Source: an uncultured bacterium
Lineage (GTDB): Bacteria; Patescibacteriota; Dojkabacteria; J137
NCBI GenBank assembly: GCA_963700155.1
Contig: OY969472.1
Location: 1,064,690 to 1,128,689 of the forward strand
Reading direction: 5' to 3'
Length of the DNA: 64,000 bases
Made by a program: the position numbers and the translations under genes. Under the pieces are notes generated by a model. The model saw only the letters and a program-made list of their open reading frames with translations. It had not been told where the DNA came from and did not search any database. Below, one piece after another: positions 17,365-27,794 of this stretch. The number at the start of each line of letters is the position of its first letter. Within the stretch, counting starts at the first letter, position 1.

Positions 17365-19605
17365 TTAATAATTTCCACTATATCCAGGAGGAAGTGTTAG
17401 TTTACCAACTAGTCTATCTTTAAAACTATCTAAACTATCAAGTATTTGAACTCTTGATAAAAAATATCGTCCAGAATATCGATTATCAATTGCTCCTCCA
17501 CAACTAAACCCAAGAAGATATCCATCATTAATTTCATAATTTACTGAATTCCCATTAACTGCACAATAAGGGTAAGCTATAGCTATCACATCTTTCCCAG
17601 TAATGGCTTCAATAGCTGCTTTACTTCCTCCTATTTGTGTTTGTAAATCACTTGAGCTTGTTAGTTTTGATAAATCAGAATGTGACACAGTATGTGATTC
17701 TATTGACATTCCATTTTTACTCATCTCTTTTATTTGATCGTTAGTCAAGAATAATGAACCTGAAATTAAGAAAAATGTTGCCTTAAGATCATATTTTTTT
17801 AAAATAGGATAAGCAGCAGTGTATTGAGAATTAGTTCCATCATCAAATGTAATAAGAACTGATTTTTGACTTGGATTTTTATCTTCCTTTAAATCATTAT
17901 AATATTCTTCTATTGTTAGTGATCTATAATTATTTTTTACTAAATATGCCATTTGTTGTTCAAAAATTTCAGGAGATACATAATATTCTTTTGTATAGTT
18001 GTTTGGAGGTGTTTCAATACGATGGTACATTAATACAGGAATCCTAACTGTATTAACAGGTTGATATACTGGGGTAGGTGAATCTGTATCAAGATTATCG
18101 ACAGTTGTGTTGAAATCTTTTTCAATAATACTTTTATAATCGTCTCCGATATCATATATATAAAAGATATTTGCAGCAATAATATCTCCTTTTTTTTTGT
18201 TTATTAAATTAAGATTTAAATATTCATTGTCTGAATTTGGAATATATTGAACTAAGTAAGAGAATATTTTTGATAGATCTTCTCGTTGTGAAGTAGAAAA
18301 AGAATTATTTAATCCAATTAAAGTATAAAGTTTCTCGAAGTTGTTAAGTAAATTATTATTATTTTCTGAAGTATAGTTGTAAAAATCAAAAATTTCTTTT
18401 TGGTATGCAGTTAAATAAATTAATCGCAACAGTACATCATTATTAGCAGCTAAGTATATATTATTATAATTTTGTAGAGCTTTATCTATTTCTGATGGTT
18501 CAACTAGAGTATCTTTATTATAAAAATTCATATAAGAAGAAACTGAAATAGCATCTTTTTGTGAATTATTTCCTACCAAAGGATTTAATGTCCAAAGCAA
18601 TATATCATCAATATTATCTACTGGTGATGTGTCTTGGCTTTTCGTTAATTTGGTTTGAGAACCTATTTTAGCTAGAATTGAATCATAATTTTTCTTACTC
18701 TCATTTAATCCTAAAACTTGTGAATCATTTCTATTCTTTAATAGAGATGCTTGAATATTTCTTATATCAATATTATCTGCGGAGGATACATTAATAGATT
18801 CATAAAAAGTTTTAAATTTATTGTCCGATGGTTTTAATGAATAAAAGTTAAATGTTTCGAAATCATTATTAATATTTGAAACTTCATTTTGCTGAGCAAT
18901 ACTTTGAATTAAAACTAATTTATAAAATGAATTCACATTTGGATCACCAAAATAATCATTAAATTTACTCCATGCTTCCTCTAAAGAAGATGACGTATTC
19001 TTATTTATAAGTGTGGAGATATTGTCTAATAGTTCAATATTATTTGAAATTGCAGCTGATATATTTGAATCATAAAATGTAAAAATTCTTTTTAAAGTTT
19101 CAGAATATTTAAGAGAATTGATTATTGAGTGAAAATGATTTCGTAAAACCTCATTGTAAAATTTTATTTTTTCATTACGAATGATATTAAGTGATGAATT
19201 AATTATAAAATTATCATTTATCTGAATAGGTGTCTTATTATTTACTAAAGTAAGATAATTAAAGTCATTTGAGACTTTAGAACTTGTTTCACCTAAATTT
19301 AAAAACTCTACTTCGTTTTTATACGATAAACTATATGTTTTTCCTAGGCTTATATAACTATCAGGAAGTTTATTAAGTGAAGTATCATTAATATTTCCAG
19401 TGATAAATTTTGAACTACTATATTTTATCCCTGAGCTGAAATTATAACTTGGATACTCTGAAAAATTTAAGTTATAGGTTTGTTTTGAAATTATAAAATA
19501 ACTTCCTAAAATTAATACAAATCCTAAAGTTATAAATAGAATGCTACGTGGATTCAAATGAGAATTCTTTAATTTTTGTTCAATATATTTAGAAATATAG
19601 TACAT
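17365..19605 (-). CDS. Membrane-anchored polysaccharide deacetylase (CE4/NodB) with a long N-terminal region
   Basis: IPVLMYHRI, ITFDDG, IESHTVSH, IAYPYC. Confidence 0.88.
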   Translation of the reverse strand: MYYISKYIEQKLKNSHLNPRSILFITLGFVLILGSYFIISKQTYNLNFSEYPSYNFSSGIKYSSSKFITGNINDTSLNKLPDSYISLGKTYSLSYKNEVEFLNLGETSSKVSNDFNYLTLVNNKTPIQINDNFIINSSLNIIRNEKIKFYNEVLRNHFHSIINSLKYSETLKRIFTFYDSNISAAISNNIELLDNISTLINKNTSSSLEEAWSKFNDYFGDPNVNSFYKLVLIQSIAQQNEVSNINNDFETFNFYSLKPSDNKFKTFYESINVSSADNIDIRNIQASLLKNRNDSQVLGLNESKKNYDSILAKIGSQTKLTKSQDTSPVDNIDDILLWTLNPLVGNNSQKDAISVSSYMNFYNKDTLVEPSEIDKALQNYNNIYLAANNDVLLRLIYLTAYQKEIFDFYNYTSENNNNLLNNFEKLYTLIGLNNSFSTSQREDLSKIFSYLVQYIPNSDNEYLNLNLINKKKGDIIAANIFYIYDIGDDYKSIIEKDFNTTVDNLDTDSPTPVYQPVNTVRIPVLMYHRIETPPNNYTKEYYVSPEIFEQQMAYLVKNNYRSLTIEEYYNDLKEDKNPSQKSVLITFDDGTNSQYTAAYPILKKYDLKATFFLISGSLFLTNDQIKEMSKNGMSIESHTVSHSDLSKLTSSSDLQTQIGGSKAAIEAITGKDVIAIAYPYCAVNGNSVNYEINDGYLLGFSCGGAIDNRYSGRYFLSRVQILDSLDSFKDRLVGKLTLPPGYSGNY

Positions 19606-19679
19606 ATGTATAGTAAAACTTACTAATTCAATATACTAAAGAAAGTAATTTCTTAAAAGAGGAACATAGACAGATTATT

Positions 19680-20765
19680 TTAAATAATAATTCCTCCTCC
19701 AATACATTTATCTTTATCATAAACCACTAAGCTTTGTCCTGAAGTTACTGCTCTCTGTGATTCAGAAAATATGAATTTTTTATTTGCTATATCTAAGTGG
19801 CCAGGCTGAGGTTTCTGACGATAACGGATTGAAGCTGAAAGTTCTTTATTATTTGTGATATTTTTAGAAATTTCAGGATTAATAAAATGAATATTTTCAA
19901 GTTCAACTTCAGATTTATATAATTTCGGATGATTAGTTCCATGTCCAACGAACAATATATTGTTTTTTATGTCCTTGTTTACAACAAAATATGGGATTGC
20001 CTGGCCGCCTATTTTAATTCCTTCTCTTTGTCCAATAGTATAAAAGTAAATTCCTTTGTGTTCTCCAACAATTTCATTTGTGTCTATATCTTTTATCATA
20101 CCAACATTTTCAGGTATTCTAGACATTAAGAACTTTAGAACATTTATTTCACCAATAAAACATATACCTTGACTATCAGGTTTTTCAGCATTTGGTAACT
20201 TAAACTTTTTTGCAAGTTTTCTTACTTCCAATTTCTCTAAATTACCTACAGGGTAAAATACACGAAGTAATTGTTCTTGTGTAATATTGTACAAAAAATA
20301 ACTTTGATCTTTTTTAGGATCAATACCTTTTAATAAGTTATGATTACCATCTTTATCAATTTCATGTCTTGCATAATGTCCTGTAGCAATATAATCAGCA
20401 CCATCTGATAAAGATTTTTCTAAAAATAATTTAAATTTTATTTCTTTGTTACACATTACATCTGGGTTTGGGGTCCTTCCTCTTTTATATTCATCAAAGA
20501 AGTATTCAACTACTTTTTCTCTATATATTTTTTCAAAGTTATATGCACGGAATTCAATTCCAAGAACTTTACATACTGATTCTGCATCTTTTTGATCTTG
20601 TTCCCATGGGCATTCAGATTGAATTCCGTAATCATCCCCTGACCAGTTTTTCATATAAACTCCTGTTACTTCATATCCTTGTTGTTTTAATAAAGCTGCT
20701 GAAACTGCAGAATCAACTCCACCTGAAAGTCCTACAAATACTTTTAGTTTATTTCTTGAATTCAT
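19680..20765 (-). CDS. mnmA: tRNA 2-thiouridylase
   Basis: SGGVDS, TPNPDVMCN, ATGHYA, KDQSYFL, DSQGICF; start moved to ATG 20765, 7 nt after TGnTAAAAT. Confidence 0.97.
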   Translation of the reverse strand: MNSRNKLKVFVGLSGGVDSAVSAALLKQQGYEVTGVYMKNWSGDDYGIQSECPWEQDQKDAESVCKVLGIEFRAYNFEKIYREKVVEYFFDEYKRGRTPNPDVMCNKEIKFKLFLEKSLSDGADYIATGHYARHEIDKDGNHNLLKGIDPKKDQSYFLYNITQEQLLRVFYPVGNLEKLEVRKLAKKFKLPNAEKPDSQGICFIGEINVLKFLMSRIPENVGMIKDIDTNEIVGEHKGIYFYTIGQREGIKIGGQAIPYFVVNKDIKNNILFVGHGTNHPKLYKSEVELENIHFINPEISKNITNNKELSASIRYRQKPQPGHLDIANKKFIFSESQRAVTSGQSLVVYDKDKCIGGGIII

Positions 20766-20853
20766 AGATGCTATTTTAACATGCAAGTACTAAAAAATCT
20801 TAACTATAAATGAATCTATTGATATAATTAAAATTATATAATTGAACGAAATT

Positions 20854-21430
20854 ATGAATGTAAATGAAATTGCTACAGCGAATTTTAATACATTTATAAG
20901 TTTTTTCCCTGAAGCTAAACTTACTTCTGATCAAAAAGAAGTCTTAAAGTTTTTTTTTTCTAATCTACTATTTTGAAACAATAGCTGATAATTCAAATGT
21001 AATAGATGGTTTTGAATATGATTACTGGGTGGACGACGTAATAAAACAGATACAACTTTTTATAAATTCAAAAAAAATTGAACTTAGTTCAAATCAATTT
21101 AATAGTTTTATCGAATATTTCGTACTTAATTTAATAAAAATATATATTTATTTTTTTAATTCTAAAAATAGAAGGAATAATATTTATAAGATTTTAAATA
21201 AAACATTAAATAAAATCAGGGCTATTCCTGAAGAATACAACTATGTATCAAAAGTATTAGAAGAAAACTCACTTGAGATTTACAAATCTCGTAATTACGA
21301 TTTTTCTGTAAAGGAAATACTAGTTGCTTTAAGTAATCTTTTAGATATTTATAAGATTGATCCGAAGTTGAGAAAACAGCTTGAGATCAAAATTAGAAGC
21401 ATATTTGAAATTTACATAATCGAATCTTAA
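20854..21430 (+). pseudogene. Hypothetical gene interrupted by a +1 frameshift in a T10 tract
   Basis: The ATG 20854 frame joins ORF 21029-21430 if one T is removed from 20950-20959. Confidence 0.6.
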
Positions 21431-22317
21431 TTAAGATTGTTAAGTATATCTCTTAACTCTGCAGCATTTTCAAATTCAAGCATATCTGCGAAGAGTTGCA
21501 TTTGGAACTTTAATTCTTTAACAAATTTCTTCTGTTCGGCTTTTGGCATTGCCTTGTAACCTTCTGCACGTTTTTTAATATCATCTTCTTTCTCTTCAGA
21601 TTCTTTATCAACTTCTTTAAATTTATCTAATTGATCTCTAATTTCTTTCTTAATACTCTGAGGAGTAATTCCATGTTCTTTGTTAAATTTGTCTTGAATT
21701 TCTCTTCTTCTTCGAGTTTCATCAATAGCAAACTTCATAGAATCAGTAATTCTGTCTGCATACATAATTACCCTACCTTCAACATGTCGTGCTGCTCTTC
21801 CTATAACTTGAATTAGACTAGTTTGTGATCTTAAAAATCCTTCTTTATCTGCATCTAGAATAGCAACAAGAGATACTTCCGGAAGATCTAGACCTTCTCT
21901 TAATAAATTAATCCCTACTAAAACATCATATAATCCTTTTCTTAAGTCTCTAAGTATTTCAACTCTTTCTACTGTATCAATATCAGAATGTAAATATTTA
22001 CTTTTAATACCTTTTTCTATTAAAAAGTCAGAGAGTTCTTCTGACATTCTCTTTGTTAAAGTTGTTACTAGAACTCTCTGACCTTTCCCAATAACTTTAG
22101 TAATTTCATCTATTAAATCAGGAACTTGTGGCTTTTCCCATGTGGTTGAAGAATATGCTGGCATATTGGTATATCCATTTTTTTTCAGTTCATTTTTTAC
22201 TTTTTCAAAGGTTTCAGGCAAAGATGGTCTTATTTCAACGTATGGGTCTAAAAGACCAGTTGGCCTAATGATTTGATACACAATGCCTTCATAATTTTTA
22301 GGAAGATTATTATTCAT
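21427..22317 (-). CDS. uvrB: UvrB C-terminal half only (second RecA-like domain plus UVR domain)
   Basis: [56 protein letters not shown]; no Walker A/B half upstream. Confidence 0.88.
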   Translation of the reverse strand: MNNNLPKNYEGIVYQIIRPTGLLDPYVEIRPSLPETFEKVKNELKKNGYTNMPAYSSTTWEKPQVPDLIDEITKVIGKGQRVLVTTLTKRMSEELSDFLIEKGIKSKYLHSDIDTVERVEILRDLRKGLYDVLVGINLLREGLDLPEVSLVAILDADKEGFLRSQTSLIQVIGRAARHVEGRVIMYADRITDSMKFAIDETRRRREIQDKFNKEHGITPQSIKKEIRDQLDKFKEVDKESEEKEDDIKKRAEGYKAMPKAEQKKFVKELKFQMQLFADMLEFENAAELRDILNNLN

Positions 22318-22449
22318 AACTAGCATTTTAACATGCGTATACTATTTCTTTAATAATTCATAATGTTTTCATTTCAAGAAGATATTATAAAAATAAGTAG
22401 TAATTCAGTCATTTATTTTGGCTTGATAAGTTATAAAATATTGACATGT

Positions 22450-22478
22450 TTCACACCAAAAATCGTGATACATATAAT
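22450..22478 (+). promoter_or_regulatory. Sigma70-type promoter for the HPF-like gene
   Basis: TTCACA, 17 nt, TATAAT. Confidence 0.45.
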
Positions 22479-22562
22479 GATACAGTAATATGCTATTTAA
22501 TCTTGTCAAAATACATTGGAGGGAGTACTATTTAAATAGTAATATATTTTATCATCATTCTG

Positions 22563-22919
22563 ATGAAATACCTTTTTACTGCACCAGCACTTACAAAACC
22601 AACTTTCGAAACTCTTCAAGAGTATTCAATTAAACGATTCAATAAAATCGAAAAACTTCTTAAGGATATAAGATCCTCTGAGTTAAATTTGAAAATATCA
22701 GTCACAAAAGTGAAACACACATTTTGTATTGTAGTCGAAATTTATATGGGTAATATAAGTAAACCTATAATAGTAAAAGAGAAGGACAATGATCTAAGAA
22801 GAATAATTGATAAAGCTTCTGCACAATTGAAAAACGAAATTATTAAGAATAAAAAGAAAAGATTTGATCTATCTAGATTAAGGAAACATTCAAAAAAAAC
22901 TTTTAATAATTACAGTTAA
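22563..22919 (+). CDS. HPF/RaiA-like ribosome hibernation factor (short form)
   Basis: LQEYSIKRFNKIEKL...DLRRIIDKASAQLKNEIIKNK pattern. Confidence 0.7.
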   Translation: MKYLFTAPALTKPTFETLQEYSIKRFNKIEKLLKDIRSSELNLKISVTKVKHTFCIVVEIYMGNISKPIIVKEKDNDLRRIIDKASAQLKNEIIKNKKKRFDLSRLRKHSKKTFNNYS

Positions 22920-23009
22920 TTTACAGTTTTATTGATTTAATCATTTAAATAACATAAAATTTAAAAACTTGGTTAATGCCAAGAAATCAAAATTGAAAGG
23001 AGGAAAAAA

Positions 23010-23420
23010 ATGAAGATTAAATTAAATAAAAAAATTCTTTTTAGTATGCCAATAATTTCATCCCTATTAGTTACTGTACCTGTTCTTGCAAGTGGCTATG
23101 ATTATACTTATAGCAATGCAGCAGATGCAGCTGCAGCTACAACATTTTTAGGGGGTACTTTTTTGTTAGCATGCTGTCCATTAATAATATATGTAGTTTT
23201 TGATCTTGTAATTGCATATATAGTTTATTCAGATGCAAAGAAAAACAAAGTAGAAAACGGTGTACTATGGGCTGTTATTACTTTCTTCTTCTCATTAATT
23301 GGTTTGTTAGTTTACTTCTTAGCAATTAGACCTGAAGCTATGAAGAAACATTCTGGAATGGCTACACCAATGCCAGAAACAAAGAAAGAAGAGAATATGG
23401 AAGAACCAAAGAAAGAATAA
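23010..23420 (+). CDS. Membrane protein with signal peptide and PLDc_N-like TM hairpin
   Basis: Strong SD AAAGGAGG; VYSDAKK...LWAVITFFFSLIGLLVYF. Confidence 0.75.
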   Translation: MKIKLNKKILFSMPIISSLLVTVPVLASGYDYTYSNAADAAAATTFLGGTFLLACCPLIIYVVFDLVIAYIVYSDAKKNKVENGVLWAVITFFFSLIGLLVYFLAIRPEAMKKHSGMATPMPETKKEENMEEPKKE

Positions 23421-23443
23421 TCTCGAGATTATTTTGTAATTAA

Positions 23444-23471
23444 AAGGGGTTCCTTTCAGGAACCCCTTCTT
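23444..23471. terminator. Likely bidirectional intrinsic terminator
   Basis: AAGGGGTTCCT-TTC-AGGAACCCCTT between convergent genes. Confidence 0.8.
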
Positions 23472-23496
23472 ATTGCTATTTTTTAGTGAAAATAAC

Positions 23497-24039
23497 CTAA
23501 TTGTTTTTAAAGACATCAATTAAAAAAGCAATATGAACTTCAATTGGTATTCCTATTAATTCTGCACCTTTCTTAATATCTTCCCTATTAACATTAGCAG
23601 CAAATCGTTTATCTTTAAGTTTCTTTTTTATTGATTTAACTTCCATATCTTGATACTTATTTGGTCTAATTAGTGAAGCTGCATTTAAAAATCCTGAAAG
23701 TTCATCACATGCAAATAAATATTTATCTATTTCTGAAACAGGTTGTTTACCTGTTCTTTCAGGTGCGTGGGCTTTAATTGCTTCAATAACTACTTCTGGA
23801 TATCCTTTCTCTATAAGTATTTCATTGCAAGCCTTATTTGGATGTTCATCTGGATACATTTCCCAATCTAGGTCATGTAAAAGACCAGCAGTCCACCATA
23901 TTTGAATTTCTTCATCAGACAAATTTAATTTTCTAGCATAGCTTTCCATAGCTTTTGCAACCATCTCACAATGATTAATTAAACTTTCATTTTTTATGTA
24001 CTCCCGAAGTAGTTTTTCAGATTGTTCTCTTGAAGGCAT
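23497..24039 (-). CDS. HD (HDIG) domain metal-dependent phosphohydrolase
   Basis: LINHCEMV, GLLHDLDWE, LFACDELSG. Confidence 0.9.
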   Translation of the reverse strand: MPSREQSEKLLREYIKNESLINHCEMVAKAMESYARKLNLSDEEIQIWWTAGLLHDLDWEMYPDEHPNKACNEILIEKGYPEVVIEAIKAHAPERTGKQPVSEIDKYLFACDELSGFLNAASLIRPNKYQDMEVKSIKKKLKDKRFAANVNREDIKKGAELIGIPIEVHIAFLIDVFKNN

Positions 24040-24056
24040 AGCTTTCTTATTAACAT

Positions 24057-24461
24057 TTAATTTTGTGATACAACATCAAGAATTATATTTACCATTTTAT
24101 CTGCATTCTTATTTTCTTCTCTTAAAACATGGTTAAAAATAAGTAATGAGAACGATTTTGATTCCCTTTGAATTTCATTATAAAGTTTTCTTATATTTTC
24201 ATCTTTAACTTTGTACTCTCCATTTAATTGTTTTACGACTAATTCGCTATCCAAAGTGCAAGTTAAGTCTTTTATTTTTAATTTTTGTGCAAGTTTAAGA
24301 CCTAGTTTTAAAGCATTGTACTCTGCATAGTTATTTGTTGCTATTCCTAAATATTTTGCATCAAATGAAACAAGATTCAATTTATCATCGAAAATAAAAC
24401 ATCCTGCAGCACTAATTCCTGGATTCCCTCTAGATCCTCCATCAGTAAATAAATAAAACAT
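24057..24461 (-). CDS. rnhA: Ribonuclease HI
   Basis: TDGGSRGNPG, TNNYAEY, DSELVVKQL, NKNADKM. Confidence 0.92.
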   Translation of the reverse strand: MFYLFTDGGSRGNPGISAAGCFIFDDKLNLVSFDAKYLGIATNNYAEYNALKLGLKLAQKLKIKDLTCTLDSELVVKQLNGEYKVKDENIRKLYNEIQRESKSFSLLIFNHVLREENKNADKMVNIILDVVSQN

Positions 24462-24477
24462 AAATAAGGATTAAAAT

Positions 24478-25080
24478 TTAAAATTTATCAAAACTATTAA
24501 TAAACCAGTTAATATTGTAAACCCATCGTTGTCTATCATCTACATCACCGGCATATGTTTTAACGATACAAGTAAGACTTTTGTTGCAAGGTTCTATAAA
24601 TCTTTGAGATATTTTGCAAGAAATAGATGTAAGTGCATCTTCCCAACTTGAATATTGAACACCATCAAGATATCCAAATGGATTATATAATTTAACAGGT
24701 AATTTCCCAAAACCTGATTCATTCCCGGCAATTGCTAGTATTATCTTCCAATCACCATTGCAAGCATCTGCTTGTTCAACTATTATATGTCCAAGACCTT
24801 GAAATGGTGAGTTATATTTTTTTAAGACAGCTTCAACTTTTACTACTTTTGCATCAAATTCTTTTTTCAAAATTTCACTTCGTTTTGAGTTATATATTGC
24901 TTGTATTTCACTACTTACTTCAAATATAGGTTCAAAAGTGACAGTATTTCCTGCTGCAAAAGTATCATTTCTCTTTAAAGTAGCATTAGCAGAAAAAGTA
25001 CTTACATATAAAGTACCTAACAAAGTTGCTAAAAAAGACAACACAAGCATTAGTTTGAATGTTTTTCTAAACCTATTCAC
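24478..25080 (-). CDS. Secreted lysozyme/glucosaminidase-fold protein
   Basis: Signal/TM segment; ILAIAGNESGFGK...YNPFGY. Confidence 0.65.
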   Translation of the reverse strand: MNRFRKTFKLMLVLSFLATLLGTLYVSTFSANATLKRNDTFAAGNTVTFEPIFEVSSEIQAIYNSKRSEILKKEFDAKVVKVEAVLKKYNSPFQGLGHIIVEQADACNGDWKIILAIAGNESGFGKLPVKLYNPFGYLDGVQYSSWEDALTSISCKISQRFIEPCNKSLTCIVKTYAGDVDDRQRWVYNINWFINSFDKF

Positions 25081-25099
25081 TTTTAAAATCTGTATTTAT

Positions 25100-26272
25100 T
25101 TATTGAAGAATTTCAATATTATTATTATTTTGTCCTCCTAAAAAGTTTAGCATTAAACTGCCTGAAGTAGAAATATGAGTAAACCTTTTATTTTTAAGTT
25201 TTAAATTATTGAAAATTTTGAGTGTAGCTTTACCACCAGCAATTTTAAAAGTATTTTGTTCTGTATTGAAAGCAACTTCTTCAGTAATAATATTACTTCC
25301 AACTCTGAAATTCTCATTTTTGTATTCACCCATTGGACCATACAATAATATTTTGTTCGAGCTTTCAATAATTTTTGAGTATTCCTCAATTGTTTTTGGA
25401 CCTATATCATAACCTCTTAGAATTTCCTCTCCATTTATATTTTGAATCTTTGAATTTTCAAGTACTTGATCAGAAGGTAATAACAATTCAATATTACGTT
25501 CTTTTATTAGTTTTAAAATAGTTTTTGCTGAATTAATTTGTTCTTTTGTAGCATTAAGCTCTTTTACCTTTTTACCTAAAGCTTGGAAAAATAAATAAGA
25601 CATTTCTCCACCTAACATAAGCTTATTAATATTCGAAATATCATTAATTATGTATTCAAGTTTTGCATCCTTAATTTTTCCACCAAAAATAACTAGATAA
25701 TTATCTGTTTTAATTTTTTTAAACTCATTTAGTTTGTTTATTTCATTTAATACTTGAAACCCAACAGCTTTCTTTTTAATTAACTTTGGTAAATCATAAA
25801 CAGATGCAAATTTTCTATCCTCTGAAAAGTCATCATATATATATGCATTAGCTAGTTCAGATAAATGTTTAACAAATTCTATTCGTTTTTCATCAATTTT
25901 ACTCTCTTCTTCTGGATTGAATTTAAGATTTTCAATCATTAAAACATCTCCAAACTCCATAAATTTGATTGAGTTCTCACAATGTTTAATATCAGCAAAT
26001 TTAACTGAAGTTGATAATGTATTCCCTAAAGCAAATCTTACAGGCATAAGAGATAAAGAATCGATATACTCTCCTTTTGGATCTCCCAAACTACCGATAA
26101 CAATTACTTTGCAATGTTTATCTATAAGGTATTTTATTGTTTTTGAAGCTGATTTTAGAATGGTTAAATCAGAAACCTCTCCATTTTCAATGGGAACGTC
26201 AAGATTTGCACGTACAATTACAATCTTTTCATCTAATTTAAGGTTTTCTAATGACCGCATTTTCTTTACCAT
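25100..26272 (-). CDS. Phosphoglycerate kinase-like protein with degenerate active site
   Basis: Full-length PGK layout (VRANLDVP, ENLKF, DIGPKT, YGPMG, THISTSG) with substituted substrate residues. Confidence 0.8.
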   Translation of the reverse strand: MVKKMRSLENLKLDEKIVIVRANLDVPIENGEVSDLTILKSASKTIKYLIDKHCKVIVIGSLGDPKGEYIDSLSLMPVRFALGNTLSTSVKFADIKHCENSIKFMEFGDVLMIENLKFNPEEESKIDEKRIEFVKHLSELANAYIYDDFSEDRKFASVYDLPKLIKKKAVGFQVLNEINKLNEFKKIKTDNYLVIFGGKIKDAKLEYIINDISNINKLMLGGEMSYLFFQALGKKVKELNATKEQINSAKTILKLIKERNIELLLPSDQVLENSKIQNINGEEILRGYDIGPKTIEEYSKIIESSNKILLYGPMGEYKNENFRVGSNIITEEVAFNTEQNTFKIAGGKATLKIFNNLKLKNKRFTHISTSGSLMLNFLGGQNNNNIEILQ

Positions 26273-26340
26273 GAAGGTATTTTACCATTTTTGAGGAAAA
26301 TTTTCCAGCATTTAAGATAAATATAAGATAATATTGTAAT

Positions 26341-27603
26341 TTAAGAAATTACTTCTTTACCCATATATTTTTGTAATACTTCTGGAATTCTAATTGTTCC
26401 ATCAATTTGCTGAAAATTTTCCATTATTGCAATAGGAAATCTTGACATAACTATCGCTGTACCATTAAGCATATGAACATAGTCTAGTTTTCCTTCAGAA
26501 TTTCGATACTTAATATTAAGATTCCTAGCTTGATAATCTGTGCAATTCGAAGTCGATGTTATTTCTCCATAATCATTTCTTCCGGGCATCCAGGCTTCAA
26601 TATCATAAGTTTTTGCTGAACTTGTTCCCATATCACCTGTACATTGCTGAACTACTCTATATGGTATTCCTAAACTTTGTATAATTTCTTCTTCATTAGC
26701 TAGCAATTCTTGATGCAAATTTTCTGAGTCTTCAGGTTTACAGTAAATGAACATTTCTAATTTTGTAAACTGGTGAACTCTATATAGACCTTTCGAATAT
26801 TTACCATATGCTCCTGCTTCTTTTCTAAAACAGTGAGATATTGCAGCGAATTTCATTGGTAGATTTTTCCCATCTATTATCTCATCAGCATACATTCCGG
26901 CCATTGTCACTTCGGCTGTGGCGATGAGGCCAAGATCTTCTCCATCAATTTCGTACGTTTGAGCCTCATCGCCTCTAGGAGAATATCCTGTTCCTAAATA
27001 ATATCTTGATTTAGCTAAATCTGGTGTTGTGACCAATGTATATCCCTTTTTCTCTAGAAATTCTAAACCATATTGAATTAGTGCGTATTCTAATTTAACT
27101 GCATCCCCTTTAAGATAATAAAATTGAGATCCAGCAACCTTTGCTCCGGAGTCAAAATCTAATATTCCTAGTTTTTTACCAATATCAAGATGACTTTTTG
27201 GTTCAAATTTAAATTCTGTCTTTTCACCAACTTTTCTTAATTCTTTATTGTCTTCACTAGTTTTTCCTATTGATACATCAGCCATAGTCATATTAGGAAT
27301 TTGGCTTATCAAATCATTCCATTTTATTGTTAGTTCTCTATAATTCTCTTCTTCAACTTTTATATCTATACTATTCCTTAATTCTACAGCCATTCTTTTT
27401 GCTTCTTCTGGATTAGTTTTCCCGATATTTGATATCTCATTTCTTTTAGCATTATGGTTTCCAATTTTCGATTGAACTTCTTTTCTAGTTTGATTTACTA
27501 ATAGCCAGTCATCGACAATAATTTCTTTTCCCACTCCATATCTGTTAATCATATTCTGCTTAATTTTTTCAACATTTTCGGTAATAAATTTTGGATCTAA
27601 CAT
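26341..27603 (-). CDS. serS: Serine--tRNA ligase
   Basis: LIATAEV, CFRKEAG, GLYRVHQFTKLEM, SNCTDYQAR, LNGT. Confidence 0.97.
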   Translation of the reverse strand: MLDPKFITENVEKIKQNMINRYGVGKEIIVDDWLLVNQTRKEVQSKIGNHNAKRNEISNIGKTNPEEAKRMAVELRNSIDIKVEEENYRELTIKWNDLISQIPNMTMADVSIGKTSEDNKELRKVGEKTEFKFEPKSHLDIGKKLGILDFDSGAKVAGSQFYYLKGDAVKLEYALIQYGLEFLEKKGYTLVTTPDLAKSRYYLGTGYSPRGDEAQTYEIDGEDLGLIATAEVTMAGMYADEIIDGKNLPMKFAAISHCFRKEAGAYGKYSKGLYRVHQFTKLEMFIYCKPEDSENLHQELLANEEEIIQSLGIPYRVVQQCTGDMGTSSAKTYDIEAWMPGRNDYGEITSTSNCTDYQARNLNIKYRNSEGKLDYVHMLNGTAIVMSRFPIAIMENFQQIDGTIRIPEVLQKYMGKEVIS

Positions 27604-27762
27604 TTGAGTAATTTAACAGTTATGAATTGTACTGTTTGAATTTTAAAATATTTTATTAAAAAAAGATATGTACTATATTAACTAATTGAATGATTTCTTT
27701 TAAATTATTGTTATAAGGCTTTGAATTCCTAGTTATAAATATACCAAAAGATAGTTAAGCTA

Positions 27763-27791
27763 TTTACTAATTTAGTTTTAAAATATATAAT
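27763..27791 (+). promoter_or_regulatory. Promoter of the T-box leader
   Basis: TTTACT 27763-27768, 17 nt, TATAAT 27786-27791. Confidence 0.6.
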
Positions 27792-27794
27792 TAT

